A stretch of 64,000 nucleotides of DNA from Mytilus trossulus (taxonomy: Eukaryota). The stretch spans positions 91,574,001 through 91,638,000 of the forward strand of contig NC_086373.1 in the NCBI RefSeq assembly GCF_036588685.1, given 5' to 3'. Position numbers and translations under genes: made by a program. This document shows, one piece after another, positions 41,901 through 53,269 of this stretch (positions are counted from its first letter, which is position 1; every line of letters begins with the position of its first letter). Under the pieces are notes generated by a model, which ran no database searches, was not told where the DNA came from, and saw nothing but the letters and a program-made list of their open reading frames with translations.

Positions 41901-42020
41901 CGTGTGATTGAACTAATCAAAGACAAGGACAATATTGTTAGAATTGTCAAAGTGAAAACCGCAAATTCTGTGTTAACGAGACCAATTGCGAAACTGTGTC
42001 TTCTTGTAGAAAGTGACTAA
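35955..42020 (+). CDS. BEL/Pao Gag-Pol polyprotein (~2021 aa from first ATG after the LTR)
   Basis: Capsid-like region (IRKFSGNPLEY), three Cys/His knuckles (CSYCEGTHALDKC, CFGCLKKGHMSNKC, CSICARLHPTILH), protease FFDSGS, RT YVDD, Pao RNase H (CFADASDKGYG, IPRMEL), integrase HHCC plus DFFGP/DNGTNF/WERLIR; order PR-RT-RH-IN; no stops. Confidence 0.97.
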   Translation: MSTSQKEEPSLLIEFESVDTDKVGSKIDQNVILKSVDTELGDFVQTESNMDKNFETNKTDEQEAQKTSEATGGARPRKYTDKGKEFSEEQITKSYDGLKRLSEKIIRLISDNETFETIRLRYGNWMQEYEQFHIQHRIHFDKLNALEQEDYMKIHTTRDTFLMNSQFKIQEYLNANPVKVQASVHGRSVRSAGSSSVSSKRLEVEEKRIELEAKRQAMKRKRELEMAKVALQLDEDELQMQTEIAVADAKAKIYDKFEKGEIDHVETPKVKLENVELKSKPLQSTVQPAIETAILDPMAKIFQPVKTKSDILKETSKLDFVNLPSVNMIKNTSKLPKQNVHESYGPTQSDDITSAPIQNSAINTNSSVETAFQSMVQHLRKPTPEIRKFSGNPLEYRKFLRQFESKVVLNCEQDDEKMNYLEQLTFGEAHKVVSSYSHLPGDRAYKASMRHLEERYGDTDVMASAFIKKALDWPNIKSGDIQSLDEFALFLVECQYGTESMEAGSVLEYSENIKRLMSKLPFHMHDRWRNVVFRVKDSHRTVKFNDFVNFVKAEAKKATDPTYGNIAMNYSNSRNTNQQRQHGQKVSNVCDVAKRAPSTEMRCSYCEGTHALDKCKRLTARPREDRIAYLKSKGYCFGCLKKGHMSNKCNRRLKCSICARLHPTILHIDNQINKQSSSQQEPSVKKDDPQIPTNHEGTQPVVVSSISSDKGAGDVNCAMAIIPVRVKLNNRSQSVETYAFFDSGSSITFCSQKLMRQLGANGKKTQITISTMGNTQTINTCAINGLQVSSLSMEHMVDLPKVYTKENLPVSKEHIPTQREIKKWTHLESVDIPEIDADIGIMIGNNVPDAYTPFNVCTGPSGSPHATKTRLGWILWNVIRDSSSFEVNRVHMQNEGCDETQLNLLMQSINLDFPERMNEDKRENSIDDKIFMQQVESSIHLENQHYCIALPFRDQHVVFPNNSVQGIKRLNGLRHKFAKNDNFKQQYCDFMSKIIEKGYAEPVPTEDVDRNDGKVWYLPHHGVYHAKKQDKIRVVFDCSVKYMGISLNSQLLQGPNLANNLLGVLIRFRQDKIAVLGDIESMFYQVKVPVEDRDFLRFYWWENGNVDTEPKEYRMTVHLFGATSSPSCSNYALQNTAKENKDRFDSLVIDTLTKNMYVDDCLSSTDTDESAISLIKNVTELCKEGGFNMTKWTSNSQNVVQSIPEKDCARNIEEWNCGDDSLTDRALGVYWYIKDDKLGFHINIKEKPSTRRGILSIVSSIYDPIGIVSPFVLTAKSILQGLCKKEIGWDEEIPNSELSSWNKWLSQLKGLENIKIDRCYKPQHFKSIVSCQLHCFADASDKGYGCVFYIRLVDEEGSIQCSFLLGKSRVAPLKSMTIPRMELTAATSAVRLGNMIIREIEYSFDDIYYYSDSMSVLRYIANSKTRFHTFVANRLAVIHESTKVNQWHYVGTKENPADLASRGATIEQFNRNPQWLRGPDFLWDKDIKFPQCTEDTSFIGNDPEVKKPVAVCTVESFEGMERLISYFSNWERLVTIAARFVLAANHFRSVKDSIEIDGNGKTTMKMSDTLTTSIVECAERSLISYVQHKHFNDDIQTLEKKCPLKISSKLSNLDPFVDKDGLLRVGGRLERSDISYESKHPIVLPKDSPISRLIIENIHRSIGHLGKNSILAVLRQKYWILGANSIIKGLVSRCVRCKKYQGTCAKQKMANLPKERLQADDPPFTRIGIDFFGPFEVKQGRSVVKRYGVIFTCLTIRAIHLELAYSLDTDSCINAIRRFISRRGVPVFIRTDNGTNFVGSERELGEEIKRWNLNPIQEFMIQKRIQWEFNPPSASHFGGVWERLIRSVRKVFYSVMHEQNIRLTDEGLMTLFCEVESILNGRPITEASDSITDLNVLTPNHLILQRAGESFPPGVFSKTDSYVRRRWRQIQYLADLFWTRWRKEYLPLLQRRTKWTKPTRNMQVGDIVLISDNAPRNSWNMARVIELIKDKDNIVRIVKVKTANSVLTRPIAKLCLLVESD

Positions 42021-42147
42021 AAACCCACAGCTGCCACCAAACTCGTGTTGATATGATAAACATTTATTGAACATTATGATATAATTGTCCTTTTGATTTA
42101 TTTTTGATAATTGCGTTCTAGTTAAGAACCCAATTTAGGGGCTGGTA

Positions 42148-42738
42148 TGTAAAGGCCAATTTCTTGTTTTGAATCGAACAAATTTCGTTTTGCAAATTTA
42201 TTGTTTTTGATGAAACTAACCTAGGTACTTTGGTTACTTTCCCCATCATATTTTTCCCTGAAAATTGAGAAACGTGTCACGACAATTTTGAACCCTTTAA
42301 TTTTGAATTATATAGAAATATCAGAGTCAACAAATAAGGTATGTTGATTTTTACATTTATTCTATGCATTTTGTGATAATATGAAAGTAAATTTAGCTAT
42401 TTCTATGCCGTTAATGTGAACTTGAGACAATGATAAATATCGCCAATCTGATAATTGTTTATTTTCGAAAATACGAACTGTATTCATTGCTTGTGTAAAT
42501 CCTAGATGTTACAATGACTGTTTACTATATTTTCACACCTATGTTTATATTTTTGTGAATGTTTTGAACATTGTTTTTGGTACAAAATCTTATGATGATT
42601 GCATTTTCTTTGTAGTCAATCTCATCTTACTGTTTATACTTTGGATCCAGTCACTTCACTGTAACTTGGAATATTTTGGAATAAACTTGAGGTGTGAATT
42701 GTGTTATATTCATTTACGACTGATATTAGTGGGAAATA
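42148..42738 (+). repeat. 3' LTR of BEL element 1
   Basis: Direct repeat of 35342-35932, followed by TSD GTGCA. Confidence 0.95.
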
Positions 42739-42755
42739 GTGCACTCATCATAATT

Positions 42756-45257
42756 GATGCTGACTAGAAAATTATGTACTGAGCCCTGGAATGACAGTCT
42801 TAGACACAAAGTATTATATCATAATAAGGAACTGAATAAACTTATAAGGAAAAAATATAGACAATTTAGACATAAAATGATAAACCAGATTATAGATTCA
42901 AATAATAGCTGTCCAAATGATTTTTGGAAAACAATTAAGAAACTAAAAAAGGAGAACTTCAAGGATCCTAGTTCTAACATACAACCTAAAGAATGGTTTA
43001 AATATTTTAATAAGTTAATGAATATTGATTATGATAAAAATGTATGTAATGACAAGAAAGAGTATACTACTTTTAAAGATTGTAACACATGTACTAAGAT
43101 GTTAAACAGTTCTATTACAACTGAGGAGGTGGTTATTGCAGCAAAATCTTTAAAGAATAATAAAGCAAGTGGTTCAGATTGTATTACGAATGAAATGTTA
43201 CAAATATCTTGTTATATGAATATTGATGTGTATGTAAAATTGTTTAATCTTATTCTTAAGTCTGGTATCTACCCAACTTTATGGAGAAAATTTTTTATTA
43301 AGCCCATTTTCAAGGGTGGGTGTTTTAATGATCCATCTAATTATCGAGGTATAGCCCTTTCAAGTTGTTTGGGAAAATTTTTTCTAAAAGTTTTACATAA
43401 CAGATTAGAAAAGTATCTTGAAGGAAATGAACTTATATGTCGTGAGCAAATTGGATTCAGAAAGGGAAGTCGAACAAGTGATCATGTTTTAACTCTAAAA
43501 ACTATAATTGATAAAGCATTTAAATCATCAAAAAAGATATATGCCTGTTTCATTGATTTCAGGAAGGCATTTGATACTATTAATAGAGATGCCCTCTTTT
43601 ACAAATTGTCTTATTACAACATAGATGGTCCCTTTTTTAGTATAATGAAAGATATGTATAAAGAGGTTTTGTACTCGGTAAAGATCTCGGAAGGTATCAC
43701 TGATTTTTTTAATTCCTCAGTTGGGGTAAAACAAGGGTGTATTTTAAGCCCTACATTATTTTCTTTATATATTAATGATTTACCATCTATTTTTGACTCA
43801 ACATGTGAACCACCCAAGTTAAATGATAATGATATATCATGTCTGTTATATGCTGATGATTTAGTTCTTATTTCTGAATCGGCTAATGGCTTACAAAAAT
43901 GCCTTGACAAGCTTAGTTTATATTGCACTAGTTGGGATTTAACAGTAAATCTTGACAAAACCAAAGTTATGATTTTTAACAAATCAGGTAAAAAACTTAT
44001 AAAAGACAAGTTTGTTTTTAGTGATAATATTTTGGAACACTGTACAGAATATAAATATTTGGGTATACTGTTTAAACCATCTGGTAGTTTTACAGAGGCA
44101 GTGAGACTTCTTTGTAAAAAAGCCTCAAAAGCTATATTTTGTATTAGAAAACTGTTATTTTCTGAAAATATCAATGTATTACCTCACTTAAAGCTTTTTG
44201 ATGCTTGTGTTAAACCTATACTTCTTTATTGTAGCGAAGTTTGGTCTCTGTATATGATAAAAGATATTACAAATCTAGAGTCAAAATATTGGTCATTGGC
44301 TACCATCAAAGTCCAAATTAAATTTGCAAAAACTTTAATTGGAGTAAATAAATCAGCTGTCAATTTAGCAGTACTAGCTGAACTTGGTATGTATCCAGTT
44401 TTTATAGAAGCTTTAAAACTGTCAATTGGCTTCTGGTTGCATGTCATAAAATCTGATAACAATTGTTTACTAAAAGATGTATATTGTTCCAACCTGCAAT
44501 TAACCAATGGATTTGCTAAAAAGATTGAACAGTTACTTGCTACATTAAATTTTTCTCATGTTTGGAAAAATCATGATACTATTTCAAAAACGCGTTTATT
44601 ATATGCAATTCATACCAAACTTAATGATAGATATCTTAATTATTGGAAAGAAAATATATTTTGTGATAATAAATCAGTACATGGTAATAAGCTGAGAACA
44701 TATAGACAGCTTAAAGAAAATTATAAATTGGAAACCTATTTATTGTTAAATATGGACAGAAAAGTAATAGGGAATTTTGCTAAAATTCGTATTAGTAATA
44801 GTGTTCTTAGAATTGAACAAGGGCGTCACACTAAACCCCCTGTAGAAGAAAGAATTTGTCCTTTGTGTCTCTTAGAAGTAGAAGATGAATTTCATTTCAC
44901 TTTAAAATGTACAAAATTAAATATAATTAGAGACCAACTGTTTTCCAGAATTAGGGAAATAGTTCCCTCTTTTTTCAATATGACTAATGAAGCAAGATTT
45001 AAATTTTTGTATACGTGTGTTGAGACTGATATAATTAGAATAATTGTTAAATTTATAAGCGACATGTACATTTCTAGAAATGCTCTATTAAGCACTAAAT
45101 AACTTTGTGGTACCACCTCCTCATATAATGTTTATAAATTTGGTATGATATATATATATGTTTGTATGTTTGTGTATAACAAATTTGTATTGTCTTGGTA
45201 TCAATCCTGTAATTTTGGATTTTAAACCAATAAAAATTACTTACTTACTTACTTACT
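42756..45257 (+). mobile_element. 5'-truncated non-LTR retrotransposon (RTE-X-like LINE)
   Basis: RT ORF open up to the 5' junction; AATAAA then a (TTAC)n tail at ~45237-45257; 8-bp TSD TCATAATT (42748-42755, 45258-45265). Clade assignment is from motif recall, not a search. Confidence 0.88.
42757..45102 (+). pseudogene. LINE ORF2 fragment: reverse transcriptase plus C-terminal CCHC, endonuclease missing
   Basis: Motifs NYRGIAL, QIGFRKG, FIDFRKAFD, GVKQGCILSPTLF, YADD, YKYLG, and C-terminal RIEQGRH...RICPLC..VEDEFHFTLKC; no internal stops. Confidence 0.9.
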
Positions 45258-46634
45258 TCATAATTATTACTGTATATTTAGGTTGGATGCTTCATTATAG
45301 GTTTGGCAGATTTGTCACTTGTGTATTCTTCAACACAATGATATCATGATACAAAGATTTCTATTTTTGAATGTTATCAATATTAATTAAGTTAATTGTC
45401 GTCTATACTTCATTGAATCTATAAGCAACACATACGGAGAAAAATCAGATACATTACCAAACAATCCAAATACTGCTCTTAACTTGTTTTCATGTCGTCC
45501 TAATGCCAGTATTGTCATGTCACGATATAAATAAAGATATGTGCTATGAGTCAAAATTGTTCTAAGACTATTTTAATGTAACCTCTCATGTTGACGAGAT
45601 ATTGACACTGGTTTTCTTGTAACTTTGTGTGTATCATTTCGTTTGAAAAGAACATTAAATTACAAAATATTGAATCATTAATTGGTATTGAAAACCTTCA
45701 ATATGACTATTATACATTTAATTCTGATATAAATGAATAAGACGGCATCACAGCAACATAAATTAAATGTCTTTTATCTTAAAATATTGACAATAAGTCA
45801 CATCGTGTGAACAGTTCAAGTTTTAGTACCAGTGTAGAGTAGATGTGCTGAAAGTAAGAAATATTACACACAATCGACCAAATCAAACTTCTAATAGATT
45901 AACATGATGATACAATCAATAACTGCTGATACATTGTATATATTTCTGTCTTTTAGACACCTACACCTACGTCGAAGAAAACTAAATGTTATTTTTACAA
46001 AATTTCGATGTTTTGCATGATATCATTCTTCGACAATGACCTTTGTCAATTTTTTTTCGACTCTCAATTTAAGCAAGGATTTTTATTATAAATACATCAA
46101 TGATTTAAGTAATAAGCTTAAACTATCTTTTGCAGGAATTTGCATTAAAAATAAATTAAAACCCCGATCTTCTTCAAATGACCTTTATCGTCAAAGTAAG
46201 TATCACCTCATACAAACAAAGGTGACGCGAAACAAAATAACCTATATTACATACACACTTACCTCAAATATGTGAATTTGTTTTGGTTTGTTAAAAAAGC
46301 AATTCATCATTTTAGCCTTTTTTGTGACACTTATTAGCTCAAAATTATGACATTTTAAATGTAATTGTATATGCGCATAATATATAAAAATACTTGGGAA
46401 ATTTCAATAAAAATCACAACATGACCTATAGTATAAAGAATGGTTGAGTGCTAGTCCCCATAGTGTGTTTTAAATCCTGATATCCTTAGTTTTGTAATAA
46501 CATCTATCATTTGTTTATCGGGGAATTTGGTGCAAATTGCAGATCCATAGATCCATAGATCTATGGTTAACTTGGTTATATTTATTCACTATTTTTACCT
46601 TACATAGTCTCACGTACAAACCATGTGTAAACAT

Positions 46635-46805
46635 TAGGAAGCTATACATTGATTTTTAGTTGTAATCTCTGTCCTGCCTTCTTTATTTTTCACTCTATTC
46701 AGTCCAGCCTTTTTGTTTTACTAGTTAATCTTGATTTTTTTTAACATTAATTGTCATCCTGCATATTTTTTTGGGCAAAGTGTCTTATCCTGTCCTTTTT
46801 TTACT
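46635..46805 (+). mobile_element. Decayed partial copy of the 29852-30130 MITE family
   Basis: TAGGAAGCTA..ATTGATTTTTA followed by TGTAATCTCTGTCCTGCCTT..TTTTTCACTCT matches the intact MITE. Confidence 0.7.
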
Positions 46806-47284
46806 AATGGGTGGTCTCACTCATCTGTTATTAATTCCCACACTAGAGAGCAGGAATAAAATGAAGATCTAGGAAAATATTATCAAAATCATAAAACAAA
46901 AGTCATGTATCTTTTGGTGTGTCTTTATACATACCACATTTATAAGTGATTTGTGAGGAAATTCGGTAGACGAAAGAACTATAAATGGATATTTGAAGAA
47001 AATTTATTTTATCATCTTTTAATGAAATTATCCACAACGTTCAAAATCACACTTTAATGTTAATATTCAAGTATTACATGTTCCATTTTATAACAATATG
47101 CATATACATTTATTGTATATATCAATTATGGGTGAACATTTAGTACTTATATTATACCTTGACATTTCTATGACTATATAGCTATAATAATACGGACATG
47201 ATAAACATTATATAAAACGATATAATATTGAGTGAAATTTGTTGTTTTTAAATGATTTATCAATGCTTTATTTAGTGTGAACTA

Positions 47285-48160
47285 GATTCTTTAACCCTGG
47301 GAGAGTTGTAACATCAAAAAATATCTGATCTCGAACGAATTATATATACTTTATAGTACTTAACTGCACATTACTAAAAATGTAGGCTTTTATAGATATC
47401 AAATCTCGTATGAATTGAAGTACATTACCTAACTGTACTGACCTAATCTGTAATAGCCAAACACAAGTAGGCTTTTACTATAAATCCTACCCTTTACTCT
47501 GGAAGAGTAACAACTAATATATGATCTTGTATCAATTATACAGACCACATGTACAGTACTAACTGCACTGACCTAGTCTGTCATTACCGAACATGTAGTC
47601 TTTGTAAAGAGTTGACTTATCCACATCTTCTATTTTCTATATTTTATAAATCTTACCCTTCAACCCTGGAAGAGTTATAACTATAACACATACATCTGAT
47701 CTCGTATACATATCAATTATACAGACTACCCAACTACACTGACCTAAAGTCTGAGCAAAGGCTCCATGTTGAAGACCGTACTTTGACATATAATGGTTTA
47801 CTTAAAAAAAAAAAAAAAATATGACTTGAATGCAAAGTTGTCGCATTGTCACTCATACCACATCTTCTAATATCTACTTTCTGAAATAACAAAAAAGTAG
47901 GCTTTTATAAATATCTGATTTCGTACGACTTGTATGGAGGGACTATGGACTTCTTGTACAGTTCTTGTCTGTACTGACTGATCTGTCATTACCAAAAATG
48001 TAGGCTTTTATAAAAACTACCCATTCAATTCTCGAAGAGTAATAACTAACACAAGTATCTGATCTCGAATCAATTTTAGACTACAAGTACAGGACCTAAC
48101 TGGACGGACATATAATCTGTTATTATAAAAAAAATGTAGGCTTTTATAAATCTGACCCTC
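47285..48160. repeat. Old degenerate tandem array (~100-200-bp period)
   Basis: Recurring TAGGCTTTTATAAA, GGAAGAGT(A/T)A(C/T)AACTA, TCTGATCTCG and ACTGACCTA modules. Confidence 0.65.
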
Positions 48161-50888
48161 AGAGAAGGATTTGAAAAACAAATACTCTAATATTTTAAAC
48201 AGGATTTGTCTGCTGTCCAGAATATATAGTTAAATCTACCGACAAATATCGTTCTTTGTTATTTGATAAAGAAAAACAATCTGTTGTTATATGCTTCCTG
48301 TTTAGACGGAAGACGATTGTCACACGGAATTTAAACAACGAAAAAACGAATTGTATTTCCTTAAATTGTATTTACATATTTAGACCATGTCCTTGGTAAT
48401 TTTTAAATTTCTTGCAGCTATTCCGGCTTATAGTTGATAGGACTGAGAAGTTAAATAGCTGGTATTAGTTTCAGAGATCATGATTTATAGGATTTTATTT
48501 ATCACTGATGGTATAATCATACAGAAACGGGAAGAAGGGGCATGTATTTTTGGTGACATCAAAAATTCTTATACGTACTTGATAAAACAAAATGTTCATG
48601 ATTTGCATTTACGTTAGGATAATAACACTCCAGTTCAGGAAAATTTCGGGAAGTCATATTAATTTTGAAAAGCAATTAATATTTTGAAAGATGTTGAGAT
48701 ATATATGAAGTACAAAATTAAAGATGATGCAGCTAAGAAATATTTCTGTAAGATATGGCAAATCAACTTTATTTGCATGTTTCTAAATGATCATGGGCCC
48801 TTTATAGCTTGTTGTTAGGCGTGAGCCAAGGCTCCGTGTTGAAGGCCGTAAATGAACCTAGAATGGTTTACTTTAATAAATTGTTATTTGAATGGAGAGT
48901 TGTCACATTGGCACTCACACCACATCTTCCTATATCTATATAATTGGAAGAAATATGAACATAATAAAATCCCCATTCCTGTTCTAGAATCAACGTTATA
49001 CATATATACTAAATGTTTGTTCAATACATCATAAAAGCATAAAACATGCTGCTTAAATGTGCCTAAACATTACATATAATGTCTAGTTAAAAAATAAATT
49101 AAAAAACATTGTTGGTTTATATTTCATTGGATCTAAAATAGACCCAGTGATGACGTAACTGCATACCATGGTAAGTATTCATCATCCTGACTGACAAAAA
49201 TGGCGGACATGCAAGGTATTCTATCTAAATGCCACCATAAATCATATACTGTGTTATAAACCTAGATACAACAGACGATGAAAAGCATCACTCGAATAAC
49301 AAAAAGCTATATTTCTATGTAGCCTAGTTGGCTGAGTAGTCTGAGAAATACGGGAATGTCTCGCTGCATTGAAGACCTACTGGTGACCGAACTTCTGCTG
49401 TTGTCTTTCCTATGGTCGGGTTGTTGTCTCTGACACATTCCGCATTTCCATTCTCAATTTTATGTCGTCAGAAATCTGATTAAATAAAGACCTTAATTTC
49501 ATGCTTCGCCTACAAGGGTTTGACTAACAACGCTACTTGTTGCTTTCTGTTAAAATCAAAGACATTTTGGAGAACTCATTTATATATATATATACACACA
49601 CCTTAAAATAGGGTAAGTAGGGCTTCGATTGCCTGGCGTAATATTGACAGGACGCATGCAGGATGAAGTGCTTTCAGGTCACTGTCAGCAAAACATGAAC
49701 ACATAATCTTGTTTTTTACTCATATGCGGTTGATGGAACAAAGGGCAGGCGGATGTCATAGCATATATATAGCAATATTAGTTAAAATCCAATTTAAAAG
49801 TTTTCAAATCCTCCTGGGAATTGAATATACAGTCTACGTAATCTATTTGTTTCCTAATATTATGTATTCATAAAATAAAATAACACAAATACCCTTGCAT
49901 TATGGACATGGCTATAAGATTTCAGGCTTGAAGTATCATTCGTATTTGACACCATTATATCGAAAAATGTTGCATTCTTTTATCGATCGACAATTATCGA
50001 TTATGTATTTGACGTCAATGATGCCAATTTTCAATGCAACCAAAAGGTAAAATTTAAAAATTTAGATATGCAATGCTAAAATATTTATTCTGTTTCCTGG
50101 AAAATTATCCAATGCATTGAATGGAATATTTTTATTAACTACACATAAAAGATTTATAGATAAATATGGCATGCTCAATTTTTTTACTTTTTTTTGTATT
50201 ATATAACGGTCGTTGTCACCACGCATTGTATCGAGACAATACAAAAATTATTAAATATGCATATGTCGTATACAAGCATTCAAATAAACCAACCACCCGT
50301 CCATATTTCCGTTGATGCATAAAATCTAGCGCTCAAAACTTCTGCGACAAAGTACAAGAATAGAAGAAAAAAAATCATCATCTATATCACTAGGGCAGAA
50401 ACTATATGAGGCTTTCACTCACGATTGACCTGGTAATCTGATTTTTTCCACTCCTGTTTATCTTATAATTATAACAGTATGTATGAGCATGGACGTATTA
50501 TATTGTATGAGATATTAATTAGATTTCGGTAAATTCCAAAAGACCATCGGTATTACAATGAGCACTAACAGTGTTTCCATGCATTCTAAATTGGATTACG
50601 ATGTACCTTTCTTTCCTATATAATTTGAAATTTTATATGATTAAAAATTGTTTTTATCAATAAATTCATGAAGAGAAAAAGAAAATCACAGAAGAAAATG
50701 GTTTGTCAACTCCCCCAGGCAAAGACGACCAAAGATGAATTTGTCTATCCACCATGTTCCTTTTGGTCTAATACCTTCTATTGTCTGTGATGACTGCTGT
50801 TCCCATATTTGGACATTTCTTCCTATAATGTCTGTTTTGTTCACGCATCGTTGTAAATATTATGGAATTTGATGCGACTGTCATATAA

Positions 50889-50962
50889 GTGAGGGGTTTA
50901 GCGCTATAAAACCAGGTTCAATCCACATTTTCTACATTTGAAAATGCCTGTACTAAGTCAGG
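50889..50962 (+). ncRNA. Twister-ribozyme-like motif (permuted, degenerate) in a dispersed repeat
   Basis: GAGGGGT...CAA TCC AC [ATTTTC..GAAAAT hairpin] G CCTG TACTAAGT CAGG; same module order as twister. Confidence 0.4.
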
Positions 50963-51017
50963 AATATGATAGTTGTTATCCATTCGTTTGATGTGGCTTT
51001 CAAACTTTTGTATCTGG

Positions 51018-51061
51018 GCGTCACTAGTAGGTCTTGTGTGGACAAAATGCACTTCTGGCGT
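51018..51061 (+). ncRNA. Decayed hammerhead ribozyme, same family as the 22.9-kb retrozyme
   Basis: GCGTCA CTAGTAG GTCT TGTGT GGAC AAAA TGCACT TC TGGCGT aligns without gaps to the intact motif; core positions mutated. Confidence 0.7.
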
Positions 51062-51200
51062 ATTAAAATTTTGAACTTGTTGCCTTTTGTTGGCTGTTGT
51101 TCGTGTGATTCTTTGTCAATTGTGTTCTCCAATTTATTTATATTGTAGTCCTGTGGTGTTGTGTTGTCATCTTGATGTTATATTTTACATGGCCATAAAA

Positions 51201-51277
51201 GTGCGAGGTTTGGCATGCCACAAAACCAGGTTCAGCCCACCATTTTTTCCCTTAAAAATGTCCTGTACCAAGTCAGA
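51201..51277 (+). ncRNA. Twister-ribozyme-like motif (permuted, degenerate)
   Basis: GAGGT...CAG CCC AC C[ATTTTT..AAAAAT]G TCCTG TACCAAGT CAG; loop ACC can pair with GGT (T1-type pseudoknot). Confidence 0.4.
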
Positions 51278-53269
51278 AATATGGCCATTGTTAAATTATA
51301 GTTCGTTTCTGTGTGTGTTACATTTTAACGTTGCGTCGTTTGTTTTCTCTTATTTTTTAGTGTAAATTCACATTGCGATAAGACGTGTCACGGTACTTGT
51401 CTATCCCAAATTCATGTATTTGGTTTTTATGTTATATTTGTTATTCTCGTGGGATTTTGTTTGATGCTCGGTCCGTTTCTGTGTGTGTTACATTTCAGTG
51501 TTATGTCGTTGTTCTCCTCTTATATTTAATGCGTTTCCCTCGGTTTTAGTTTGTTACCCTGATTTTTTTTTTGTCCATGGATTTGTGAGTTTGGAACAGC
51601 GGTATGCTACTGTTGCCTTTATTTATCATTTTATTTTTGCCATTTTATTAAGGACTTTCAATTTTGAATTTTCCTCGGAATTCAGTATTTTTGAGATTTT
51701 ACTTTTTAGTTGAAAAGTTCCTGGTGAAGGTAATCATGAAAAGCTATTCGGACGCACGAAATTTATAAAGTGTTGTTTACGATACATTTGCTTGTAAAGT
51801 GTTAGTTCCTGAGAGAATTATCTGCTCAGTAGACAGTGCTTCGTTACGGACATGTTTTTTAATACAATTTTTCTTTCTTAAACAAAACACCTTTAATGAA
51901 ATAAGAAATTATTAAGCAACTAATGTTCCAACTCCCTCAGAAGAAGTGGATCAGCTATATTTTGTCTACTTTTATTCATAAAGCTTCCGACCTTTTTACG
52001 TATTTATACAACTCTGGATTTCAAATGCTTCGGACGCACGAAATTTAAAAATAAGGTTATTTAGTCTACATCAATTTATCTATTATACATGGTTTTAAAA
52101 CCGGGACGTTAGAAAAACTTTGTCTACACAAAAGGTACAGATGTTGCACTGTATTTTCTAATGTGAATGAAGATTTGGAGCAAATTTACAGAATGAGAAT
52201 CAAACAGAAATCTAAAAACACAAACAAAATAAATAAATTGGATAAACGTTCGGTTTCTAGTGTTTAGTTTGCATTCATATAATATATTTGTATAGTATAA
52301 AGACTAAAAGATAAACAAGTGTAAAAAACACAAAACACACAATCAGACTGAGGGCACTGAAACGTAACGACCTAAAACACGAGGGGATCTCACGTGCTCC
52401 TAAATGAAACAGATAATACTCTACATGTGGAAAGGAGAACAAAGCAATTGGAGACAATCAGAATCTAAAACCCTTAAAAAAATGGCATATTACTCTTCAT
52501 ACTAAAGCTGTCTTCCATTATAAGTCATGAAGACTTTTGTTTGTATGATAGAGTTTGTTCTATCTATTCTCCCATGTGTGAAGCACCTTGAAACGATTTC
52601 CACGACATTTTCATACTTGGTCGGTCTAATGTTTTATCATTGCAAGTTTAAAATTGTTTTCTCAAAATTCACATTGAATATTTAAGTATATGGTAACCAC
52701 TGCTATCTTCTATAGTCGATCTAGTTGTTAAAAAAGTGATGGTGTCATTGTTAATAATATTTGAAAATCTTAGCGTGTAATTTTTATAGAATTATATGTC
52801 ATTTATAAAAAAAACTCAGGTCTGAGCAGTCTGATTGTTTATCTTTTTTGCAAGAAAAAAAAACCACAGCTTTGATCAGCTTTGATTTCGCAACAAAAAA
52901 AAAACATGCGGGAAAAGAGATTACGTTGTCATTAAATTTATTCAATTTAATTGCATTCGTTTTTATATTGAAATTGGGTTTATTACGTCCAAACTACAGA
53001 TGTTCAATTTGGATAGACACACGCACCCGAAGAAAATAAGCTTATGAATAATTACATAAGGACAATGCACGATTAATAAAGATTTTTATAGTTATCAGTA
53101 TCTATTCTGAAAAGACTGGTTATTTTAGAATGAAACACGTAGCCTGATACTTTGAATATTAACTTTACAGAAAACAAAAGGATGACTGTAACTTCATTAA
53201 TTAGGACAGAAACATAAAAAAATCTGTTTCTTTACCTTTGATATATTTAAAAATATGTATATAAAAGAT

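Larger units (their letters stand above)
35342..42738 (+). mobile_element. Full-length BEL/Pao LTR retrotransposon, recently inserted
   Basis: Two 591-bp LTRs with one visible mismatch (35674 T / 42480 G); 5-bp TSD GTGCA (35337-35341, 42739-42743); single gag-pol ORF; purine-rich tract TTAGGGGCTGGTA before the 3' LTR. Confidence 0.97.

Noticed and set aside
35200-42760. BEL element nested inside the LINE ORF
   Set aside because: Sequence left of the BEL does not continue the LINE frame, and the LINE has its own TSD starting at 42748, so the two are adjacent, not nested.
35749-42767. Duplicated small ORFs MNVLNIVFGTK and antisense ORFs within the retroelements
   Set aside because: These are by-products of the LTR duplication and of antisense frames of long coding regions; no independent coding signal.
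46543-46567. CATAGATCCATAGATCTATG as another P-type footprint
   Set aside because: No flanking target-site duplication.
49148-49212. CRE-like TGACGTAA plus YY1-like AAAATGGCGG as a promoter
   Set aside because: Short motifs only, with no linked gene or other support.
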